Assembly: GCA_024102915.1 (NCBI GenBank)
Contig: JAGFJG010000001.1
Span: 45,554-109,553 of the forward strand
Direction of reading: 5' to 3'
DNA from: Caldilineales bacterium
GTDB lineage: Bacteria > Chloroflexota > Anaerolineae > J102
DNA: 64,000 nucleotides
Part shown: piece after piece, positions 25,368-32,393 of the stretch
How positions within the stretch are numbered: position 1 is the stretch's first letter
How the letters are laid out: each line of letters starts with the position of its first letter
The notes under the pieces: model-generated
What the model was told of the DNA's origin: nothing
Databases searched by the model: none
The model's input: only the letters and a program-made list of their open reading frames with translations
Translations under genes and position numbers: made by a program

Positions 25368-25592
25368 GACCTTCTCCCATCCGGACTATACCGTCGGCTC
25401 CGGCCTTTCACCGGATCTGCTGACGCCACGTTGGCGTGAATGCAACACGCCCGGTTTCTTCCTGGGAAAGAAGAAACCCGTGGCCGCTCGCGGGCTTGGC
25501 GCATCGTAAAACGACCACGCCTTACCGCCGGTCGGGAATTGCAGCGAAATCAGATAAAATCCGGCAACGCCGCTCACCCTGCCCCGAAGGTC
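25368..25592 (-). promoter_or_regulatory. FMN riboswitch (RFN element) aptamer, unusually long
   Basis: The minus strand reads GACCTTCGGGGCAGGGTGA[33 nt]AATTCCCGACCGGCGGTAAGG[P3]CCAAGCCCGCGAGC[long P4]TCAGCAGATCCGGTGAAAGGCCGGAGCCGACGGTATAGTCCGGATGGGAGAAGGTC. All conserved RFN core blocks are present in the canonical order. P1 closes as GACCTTC/GAAGGTC. Confidence 0.85.
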
Positions 25593-25882
25593 ATTCTATC
25601 GAATTGTAAAGACTCGAAACGCTCGACTGATGTAAATCAAGATTAATACTTGAAGATGAATCGAAGCGCTACAGGGCAAAGTTCAAAATTCAATCATTGA
25701 CCTGTGCGCCATCAGACGATGGATCGAATCACTTGTAATTATGATAGCAAAAATACTGGCATACTGTGAAATTGATTCCCCTCTCACAGGTGACAGTCGC
25801 TTCGGAAGTGGCTGTCACCCGAAAACTGAACGACGCAAACCGATTTGATCGCCCCCAACGCCTGGGTTATGATTGCACCGCG

Positions 25883-26911
25883 ATGACGACATGTTACGCT
25901 TATGATCCGATAGAGCAAAAACATACACTGGCGGGCCACCCCGAACACCGGGGCAGATTGGCGTCCACAATGGCCCTGTTACAGCAAGATGGCATCCTGG
26001 AACGACTGCGAAAAATCGATGCGACGGCAGCGACGGATGACATACTGCGTGCGGTGCATCCTTCGGCTTATGTCAGGTACGTTGAGCGCATGGCGTCTTC
26101 CGGCCTCAACCATCTCGACCCCGACACTTATGTTGTGCCAGGATCGTACGAAGCGGCATCGGCGTCTGCGGGCGCTCTCGTCAACGTGACGAAAGCGGTG
26201 GCGACCGGTCAGGCGTACAATGGCATGAGCCTGATGCGCCCGCCCGGACATCATGCCCTGGCCGACCGCGGCATGGGGTTTTGCCTCTTCGCCAATGTCG
26301 CCATCGCCGCCAGATATGCGCAGCGGCAGCTCGGCCTGGATCAGATTTTGATCATCGATTGGGATGTTCACCACGGCAACGGCACAGAATCGATCTTCTA
26401 CGACGATCCGGCTGTCGCTTTCTTCTCGACGCACCAATATCCATTCTATCCCGGCACAGGGGCAGCGCGTGACAGGGGCGGTGGGAATGGGATTGGCTAC
26501 ACGCTCAATGTGCCTTTTCCTGCCGGAGTGGGCGACGCTGGATACGCGCGCGCCTTCGATGAATTGCTAACGCCTTTCGCCCGGCGTATCCGGCCTGACT
26601 TGATTCTGGTTTCAGCCGGATACGATGCGCATTGGGATGATCCATTGGCGATGGAAATGCTAAGCCTGGCAGGATATGCAGCACTGGCAAGGCGAGTCGT
26701 CGCTCTGGCCGATGAATTATGCAACGGGCGTTTGGTCTTGGCGCTTGAGGGCGGCTATCATTTGGATGTTCTCGCCCACGGGGTGTTGAACACGCTTCGC
26801 ATTCTCGAAGACCCAGCGCAGGAGATATCCGACCCATTCGGCCCGGCGCGCGCTTTGGAGCGCCCCATTGATGACCTGCTGGCTGACCTGAAAAACCTTC
26901 ACAAACTTTAG
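25883..26911 (+). CDS. Histone-deacetylase-family (AcuC/AphA-like) amidohydrolase
   Basis: RPPGHHALADRGMGFCLFANVAIAA, IIDWDVHHGNGTE and STHQYPFYPGTG. The track ORF begins at GTG 25766. ATG 25883 (MTTCYAYDP) gives the canonical N-terminus. Confidence 0.88.
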   Translation: MTTCYAYDPIEQKHTLAGHPEHRGRLASTMALLQQDGILERLRKIDATAATDDILRAVHPSAYVRYVERMASSGLNHLDPDTYVVPGSYEAASASAGALVNVTKAVATGQAYNGMSLMRPPGHHALADRGMGFCLFANVAIAARYAQRQLGLDQILIIDWDVHHGNGTESIFYDDPAVAFFSTHQYPFYPGTGAARDRGGGNGIGYTLNVPFPAGVGDAGYARAFDELLTPFARRIRPDLILVSAGYDAHWDDPLAMEMLSLAGYAALARRVVALADELCNGRLVLALEGGYHLDVLAHGVLNTLRILEDPAQEISDPFGPARALERPIDDLLADLKNLHKL

Positions 26912-26965
26912 CGCTCTTGAAGCGCACACTTACAGCCTTCTCTTCCTTTGTAATGGTGACTGATA

Positions 26966-28486
26966 ATGTTTGATCAACGCGTTAGCGGCATCCTGTTGCA
27001 CCCGACCTCTCTCCCTGGCCCATACGGCATTGGCGATCTGGGCAAACACGCCTATGCCTTCGTCGACTGGCTGGCCGAGGCAGGACAGCAACTCTGGCAG
27101 GTGTTGCCCCTGGGCCCGACCGGTTATGGCGACTCGCCCTATCAATGCTTTTCTGCGTTCGCCGGCAATCCCTTGCTGATCGATCTCGAAGACCTGGTAG
27201 CGCGGGGCTATCTTGCTCTGGAAGACCTGGCCGTGCCGGTGTTTCCGCACGAACGCGTGGACTATGGCCGCGTCATCGACTGGAAAAACGAAATCCTCGA
27301 CCTGGCTTTTCAGAAATTTCAGACGCAGCCTGCGCCCGCGGCCTTTGGCGAATTTCTCGAAGCGAATGCATGGTGGCTCAAGGACTACACGTTATTCATG
27401 GCCCTGAAAGAAGCGCATGGGATGAGCGCCTGGGCGAATTGGGATGCCGCACTACGTGATCGGAAGTCAAAAGCCCTGGATGCCGCCCGTCAGTTGCACT
27501 CGACCGCGATTGCTTCCCACAGCTTCCGCCAATGGCTCTTTTTCGAACAATGGCTTGCCCTCAAACAATATGCCAACGAACGCCGTATCCGCATCATCGG
27601 CGACATCCCGATCTACGTCGCCTGCGATAGCGCCGACGCCTGGAGCCAGCGAAATCTCTTCTATTTTGATGCCAAAGGCAAACCAACCGTCGTGGCCGGC
27701 GTGCCCCCGGACTACTTCTCGCCTACGGGCCAACTATGGGGCAACCCGATTTATGATTGGGAAAAGATGGCGGCCAATCAGTTCGCCTGGTGGATTCAGC
27801 GATTCCAGCACAACCTGGTGCTATACGACATCATCCGCATCGACCACTTCCGCGGGTTCTATAACTACTGGGAAGTGCCTGGCGACGCGCCGACGGCGGA
27901 GAATGGCATCTGGAAGGACGGGCCCCGCCAGGCCTTATTCGACACCGTTATCAATACCCTCGGCGACCTCCCCCTCATCGCTGAGGATTTAGGCGAGCCT
28001 GAGCCGCACGTGTATGAATTGCGCGACCACTATAATTTCCCAGGCATGCGCGTCTTGCAATTTGCCTGGAGTTCCGACGGCTCCGATCCCTTCCTGCCGC
28101 ACAACTACGTCAAAAACTGCGTCGTTTACACGGGGACCCACGATAATGACACCACGCGTGGGTGGTACGATAAGGCCCCGGAGTCAGAACGAGACTACGT
28201 TCGCCGATATTTACGGATCAGTGGCGAGGATATAGCCTGGGACTTGATCCGGCTGGCGCAACAATCGCCCGCCAACACAGCGATTATCCCTCTCCAGGAT
28301 GCCATAAATCTGGGCAGTGCGGCGCGCATGAACACGCCCTCGGCGCCGAGCGGCAACTGGACATGGCGATTTGCTCCGCACCAGCTTAGCGATGGCATCA
28401 AATTCGGCCTGCGTGAACTGAGCTATCTCTATGGGCGCTTGTATGTCCCCCCGGAGGACCGAAAAGCTTCCGTACACGCTGGTTAA
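26966..28486 (+). CDS. malQ: 4-alpha-glucanotransferase (amylomaltase, GH77)
   Basis: MFDQRVSGILLHPTSLPGPYGIGDLG, IRIIGDIPIYVACDSADAW, IRIDHFRGF, IAEDLG and YTGTHDNDT. Confidence 0.93.
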   Translation: MFDQRVSGILLHPTSLPGPYGIGDLGKHAYAFVDWLAEAGQQLWQVLPLGPTGYGDSPYQCFSAFAGNPLLIDLEDLVARGYLALEDLAVPVFPHERVDYGRVIDWKNEILDLAFQKFQTQPAPAAFGEFLEANAWWLKDYTLFMALKEAHGMSAWANWDAALRDRKSKALDAARQLHSTAIASHSFRQWLFFEQWLALKQYANERRIRIIGDIPIYVACDSADAWSQRNLFYFDAKGKPTVVAGVPPDYFSPTGQLWGNPIYDWEKMAANQFAWWIQRFQHNLVLYDIIRIDHFRGFYNYWEVPGDAPTAENGIWKDGPRQALFDTVINTLGDLPLIAEDLGEPEPHVYELRDHYNFPGMRVLQFAWSSDGSDPFLPHNYVKNCVVYTGTHDNDTTRGWYDKAPESERDYVRRYLRISGEDIAWDLIRLAQQSPANTAIIPLQDAINLGSAARMNTPSAPSGNWTWRFAPHQLSDGIKFGLRELSYLYGRLYVPPEDRKASVHAG

Positions 28487-28525
28487 CCGCAACCGCAATC
28501 GCGTTATCCCGGACAAACTAAAAGA

Positions 28526-28556
28526 CTCCCGGAGGAAATTACGGGAGCCTTTTTTG
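28526..28556 (+). terminator. Intrinsic terminator after malQ (usable from both directions)
   Basis: CTCCCG, a 10-nt loop, CGGGAG, then CCTTTTTTG. On the other strand the hairpin is followed by TCTTTTAG and would serve the convergent small ORF. Confidence 0.75.
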
Positions 28557-28664
28557 CGTTACGAATAAAATCCGGAGCGCTTCCAGTTTGAAACGAAACC
28601 TGAGCTACTTGGTCTCCCAAACTGTCATTGGTTCACGGACAACCTGTTTCCCGGTGAAATCGCA

Positions 28665-28940
28665 TCAAGCGCTACGCATTACGCGAATGACCCCGCGTGA
28701 ACGGATAAACTCGATTTCATAGCCCAGCTTATCAGCAGCCCGCTTTAGACGATTCTTCACTGTTTGGCGATTGTCACCATCTTCGGGCAGAACGGCAATA
28801 CCTTCACCCACTTGCAGGGGTTGCAATTGCTCAACATATTTTTCCAGGATTCGTTCGCGCTGCGATTTTCCGCGTCCTCGCCGCTTAGCTTCTAATATGT
28901 CCGTGACTTCATCTTTGGTGAGTTTTTCGAAAGTTGGCAT
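28665..28940 (-). CDS. Small basic hypothetical protein (91 aa) in a low-GC pocket
   Basis: A strong GGGAGG lies 7 nt upstream of the ATG. The sequence is MPTFEKLTKDEVTDILEAKRRGRGKSQRERILEKYVEQL...GYEIEFIRSRGVIRVMRSA. No family is recognised. Confidence 0.6.
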   Translation of the reverse strand: MPTFEKLTKDEVTDILEAKRRGRGKSQRERILEKYVEQLQPLQVGEGIAVLPEDGDNRQTVKNRLKRAADKLGYEIEFIRSRGVIRVMRSA

Positions 28941-29185
28941 GAGCTACCTCCCATTGTTAGTTCATTCTAGTTAGTCTCATGGGGGAATGCATTATTGATT
29001 ATCTACTTTTTTCGCGATTTGTCAATGCCAAGATAGCGATATCCAGCGGTCGATAAGGTCGTTTCAAAAGGATTCGTTAGTGAACTGTTCGGTTTTGAAC
29101 GAAATTATCGAATTTGTCGTCTGTCCAATTTGCGATATTCGTTCATCTTGACGAGAAAGGCGCCTGCTCATCTACTGCATTTGAT

Positions 29186-29253
29186 CTCACGCAAAGGCGC
29201 GAAGACGCCAGGAAATTCAACAAACGCCTTGTGGCTTTGCGTCTTTGCGTGAG
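29186..29253. repeat. Intergenic palindromic element (CTCACGCAAAG ... CTTTGCGTGAG)
   Basis: An 11-bp perfect inverted repeat separated by 46 nt. The 3' side carries a tandem CTTTGCGT CTTTGCGT. Confidence 0.7.
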
Positions 29254-29307
29254 CAAATTTTGCGACATCGATATTCGTCCGTCGTGCTTTGCCGGATGGA
29301 CAAGACC

Positions 29308-30492
29308 CTAGAACCGGCCCTCCATCGATTGGCCATAGCCCGTCAACTCAGCATAGCCATAGCCCCTCACCGCCTGCCCGGAGTAGCCGCCCTCGATCGA
29401 AACAGCGCCCTCCCAATACCGTGTCGAAAGCAGCATCTCCTGGTCTTTCACCAACGGTCTCAGCTTCACCGTCAACGCCTGGGTGGGGAGTTCGATAGTC
29501 CACGCGCCCGGATAGTCGACGCCATCTTGCGGGCTTCGCCAAAAGTCGTTGACCTTTATCTCGAAATCGTCCGGGCCGAGATCGAGGGTCTCGCCAGCGG
29601 GATTTATGAGCGTGCCGCTGCTGAATTCATCGATGCTCCCATCGGCGTCACGAAGCTGGAAAACCATCAGTTCCCATTCGTTGTCTAACTGGATCGAAAA
29701 CCAATCCCACCCCGCCTGTCCCTCCCCCAAAGCGCTGGTGCTCCACTCGTGGTCCATCCAACTCCAGCCTTCTACACTGGCCTCGCCTCCCGATGTTTTC
29801 AGGACGCCGCTGGACTTCAATCGGGGAAAACTGTAATAGAATGAAGCGTTGCCTGGTTTCGCACCTTTACGGCTGTATCCCTCATCGCCGTGCAAAACCG
29901 GTCCCTTTTGCGCGACCAGACTCAGATTCAACGCGATGTCGTCTGCCTGGGCGGTCAACTCAAACTCATCGGGAGCGACTTCGTGCACCTGCCAATCCTC
30001 CAGCCACACCCGGAGCGGTTTGGCCTCAGCGCCCGCCATATCCGCCCCTGCCCGGCTAAACCGCTCCCAGGCCTGGTGCTTTTGTCCGGCGGCATCGGTC
30101 AACGCAAAATGCGCCAGGTAGACCTGGTTACCAGCCCACTCTGAATCCCTGATTGAAGATTCAGTGGTGAGCGCCCGGCGAAATATGGTGAACTGATAGC
30201 CCCAACGTCCGCCTGTCTCGTCCTGCAAATTTCCGGTAAAGTACCACCACTCGGTCTGATAATCGGGATGTGCGCCGTGATCAGCCGGAAAATTGAGGGG
30301 AATGCCCGGCATCGCTTGCCGAAAACCGGCGGCGGGTCTGGTATTCGACGCGATGATCTCAGCGCCGAGGGCGGGTTGAGTCTGGCGGGACTGATAGAGA
30401 AAGACGCTCGCAACCAGCAGCGCCAGCGAAAGGCCAATGATCAGCCATCGCCGAGATCGACGCCGACTTGCTGACAAAACGCTCATATTCAA
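29308..30492 (-). CDS. AttH/CrtC-like (carotenoid 1,2-hydratase / lipocalin-like) exported protein
   Basis: Signal anchor RRWLIIGLSLALLVASVFL, then the family hallmark FPADHGAHPDYQTEWWYFTGNL, then WSWMDHEW. Confidence 0.8.
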   Translation of the reverse strand: MNMSVLSASRRRSRRWLIIGLSLALLVASVFLYQSRQTQPALGAEIIASNTRPAAGFRQAMPGIPLNFPADHGAHPDYQTEWWYFTGNLQDETGGRWGYQFTIFRRALTTESSIRDSEWAGNQVYLAHFALTDAAGQKHQAWERFSRAGADMAGAEAKPLRVWLEDWQVHEVAPDEFELTAQADDIALNLSLVAQKGPVLHGDEGYSRKGAKPGNASFYYSFPRLKSSGVLKTSGGEASVEGWSWMDHEWSTSALGEGQAGWDWFSIQLDNEWELMVFQLRDADGSIDEFSSGTLINPAGETLDLGPDDFEIKVNDFWRSPQDGVDYPGAWTIELPTQALTVKLRPLVKDQEMLLSTRYWEGAVSIEGGYSGQAVRGYGYAELTGYGQSMEGRF

Positions 30493-30590
30493 ATGATAGA
30501 CAAAGACCCCAAAATAAATGGGCGCGTTGCTTCCAATCCCAACCTGGAAAGCCGACGATGGGCGATAGCAGCACTTATCCGCCCATCATC

Positions 30591-32030
30591 CTATACCAAT
30601 TCGAGTTGGGCGACTTGCGCCAGCTTTGCCCCCTCAGCCAACAACGATTGCACCCCCGATTCGCTGCGGGCTTCGGCATAGACGCGCAAGACCGGCTCTG
30701 TGCCCGATGGCCGGATCAGCAGCCAGCTATCGTCGGCCAGCAAATATTTGATCCCATCGCGGGTATTGAGTCCCGACAACGATTGGCCCGCCAGCGCCGC
30801 CGGGGCTGTGTCCGCCAGTCGCTTCACCAATTCTGGTTTCGAGAAAGGCTTCACCTCAAAATCGTTGCGGGCATAGGTAAAGTAGCCGATTCGATCCATA
30901 ATCTGGCGGATCAAATCTTCGACATTGCCGCCCTGCTTGGCCGTGAGTTCCGCCAGCAACAGGCCCATGAGAATGCCATCGCCTTCGGGAATGTGGCCTT
31001 TCACCGAAATCCCGCCCGATTCTTCGCCGCCGATCAGCACATCATTGGTCAACATCAGGTCGGAAATATAATTGAAACCGACCGGCGTCTCATACACCTG
31101 CAAACTATGTTCGGCGGCCAGCAGGTTGAGCATTTGCGTGGTGCTCACGGTCTTGACGACTGCGCCGCGGCGGCCCTGGCGCAAGAAATAGTCCAGCACC
31201 AGGGTCATGATGCAGTGCGGGTCCACGAAGAAACCGGATGACCCCATAGCGCCAATACGATCGGCATCGCCATCGGTGGCAAGACCCAGATCGAGCCGCC
31301 ATTCCTTCATGGCGGCGGCCAGCGCTCGCAAGTGGCGACCAATCGGTTCAGGATGCAAACCGCCAAATCCGGGATTCATTTCATGGTGCAATGTGACCGG
31401 TTCCACGCCAGCCTCACGCAACAGCCGATCGGTGTGGAAGATGCCCGCCCCATACATGGCGTCGATCGCCAGCCTGATCCCGGAAGCGGCAATCGCCGGA
31501 ATATCGACAAGGCTGCGGATGTGCGCAAAATAAGCCGGGATCGGGTCCAGATCGTCGAGCAAACCCTGGCGGCGGGCCGAATCCAGATCCATGCTCAACG
31601 GCGCTCGTCCGGTTCGCAGATTGTGCGTGAGGATGCTTTCGACGCGGCGGCCAGATTCAGGGCTGGCGGAACCCCCATACGCGGCCTTGAGCTTCATCCC
31701 GTTGTAGCGGGGCGGATTGTGGCTGGCTGTGATCATGATCCCGCCATCCGCCTTGTGATCCACGATGGCGTACGACACAGTCGGGGTGGCGGCGAATCGT
31801 TCGCACAGAAGCACGCGCACGCCATTGGCGGCGAGCACGCCGGCGGCAGTCTGGGCGTAACGGTCGGAGAGAAAACGCGTGTCGTAGCCTATAACGTAGG
31901 TAGGGATAGCGCCGTCGCTATCGCTCATCGCCATGTCGGCAATCGCCTGGGCGACGTGCGCCACATTGGTAAAGGTAAACTCCTCGCTGATCACTGCACG
32001 CCAGCCATCCGTGCCAAAACGTATGGTCAT
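30591..32030 (-). CDS. Phosphoglucomutase/phosphomannomutase (alpha-D-phosphohexomutase), catalytic motifs intact
   Basis: FGTDGWRA, the phosphoserine loop MITASHNPPRYNGMK, the metal loop LATDGDADRIG, the sugar loop GGEESGG, and the phosphate loop IRPSGTEPVLRVY. Confidence 0.92.
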   Translation of the reverse strand: MTIRFGTDGWRAVISEEFTFTNVAHVAQAIADMAMSDSDGAIPTYVIGYDTRFLSDRYAQTAAGVLAANGVRVLLCERFAATPTVSYAIVDHKADGGIMITASHNPPRYNGMKLKAAYGGSASPESGRRVESILTHNLRTGRAPLSMDLDSARRQGLLDDLDPIPAYFAHIRSLVDIPAIAASGIRLAIDAMYGAGIFHTDRLLREAGVEPVTLHHEMNPGFGGLHPEPIGRHLRALAAAMKEWRLDLGLATDGDADRIGAMGSSGFFVDPHCIMTLVLDYFLRQGRRGAVVKTVSTTQMLNLLAAEHSLQVYETPVGFNYISDLMLTNDVLIGGEESGGISVKGHIPEGDGILMGLLLAELTAKQGGNVEDLIRQIMDRIGYFTYARNDFEVKPFSKPELVKRLADTAPAALAGQSLSGLNTRDGIKYLLADDSWLLIRPSGTEPVLRVYAEARSESGVQSLLAEGAKLAQVAQLELV

Positions 32031-32393
32031 GTTGGGGGGTCCTCCAAAAAGCTATTCCTTCTCTGGGGACTTTGTACCATAGGCGCATCGCAGAATTCAA
32101 ATATGCGACCGATGTGATATGTGTATCTTAATTTGGCGAAACGACTTTCAAGCGTAGCTGGAACAAGCGGGCGCGGAAATGGCACGCAGATGAAACGGAT
32201 GAACGCGGATTCTTTTTGAGATACGGTACGGTCACACTTAAGTGCAGGGCTCAATGCATGGTAGTCAGGCCGGGTGATATGGTATGCTTTGCGCACGCTG
32301 GCAAATACCCATCGTTCGCCCAGACGCCTCCTCGCAGACTGCTGGGCAAAAGTCTGGCTGGCGAATCTCCTCCGAGAGGTCAGTTGTGAAGCA

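Noticed and set aside
25386-25577. 63-aa minus-strand ORF upstream of the ABC permease
   Set aside because: It lies entirely within the FMN riboswitch aptamer. The conserved RNA core blocks explain the sequence, there is no RBS, and the translation has an odd composition.
25593-25598. TAGAAT as the -10 box of the riboswitch promoter
   Set aside because: It abuts the P1 stem. Initiation 6-8 nt downstream would remove the 5' strand of P1. A TACAAT about 10 nt further upstream is more compatible, but it has no convincing -35 box, so no promoter is called.
25226-25640. First readings of this structured region as RNase P RNA, a cobalamin riboswitch or a TPP riboswitch
   Set aside because: Strings such as GGGCAGGGTG, GGTGAAAGG, AGTCCGG and ACAGAG..CGGACTTACCGG resemble RNase P conserved regions. 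However, the P4 5' strand (GGAAAGTCCGGGC) is missing upstream and the element order is wrong. The cobalamin core (GGGAA...GCCACTG...B12 box) and the TPP core (CTGAGA...CCTGATCTGGATAATGCCAGCG) are absent. A TPP core would have been expected for an NMT1/ThiY-like transporter. The blocks match the FMN/RFN consensus in full and in order.
32170-32215. cgcagatgaaacggatgaacgcggat tract as a structured repeat element
   Set aside because: It contains only short direct repeats (CGCGGA twice, and TTCATCCGTT/TCATCTGCGT on the other strand). I could find no convincing stem. It is noted only as sharing the CGCAGAT core with the palindromes at 55084 and 58112.
32274-32393. Upstream extensions of track ORFs (also 3555-3641, 25766-25882, 38179-38214, 39457-39516, 41680-41781, 51229-51360, 55975-56118 and 62687-62809)
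   Set aside because: The track takes the most upstream ATG/GTG/TTG. In each case an internal ATG preceded by a GGAGG-like site opens the canonical N-terminus (signal peptide, lipobox or conserved first motif). The extension is Arg/Pro/Ser-rich or overlaps a neighbouring gene.
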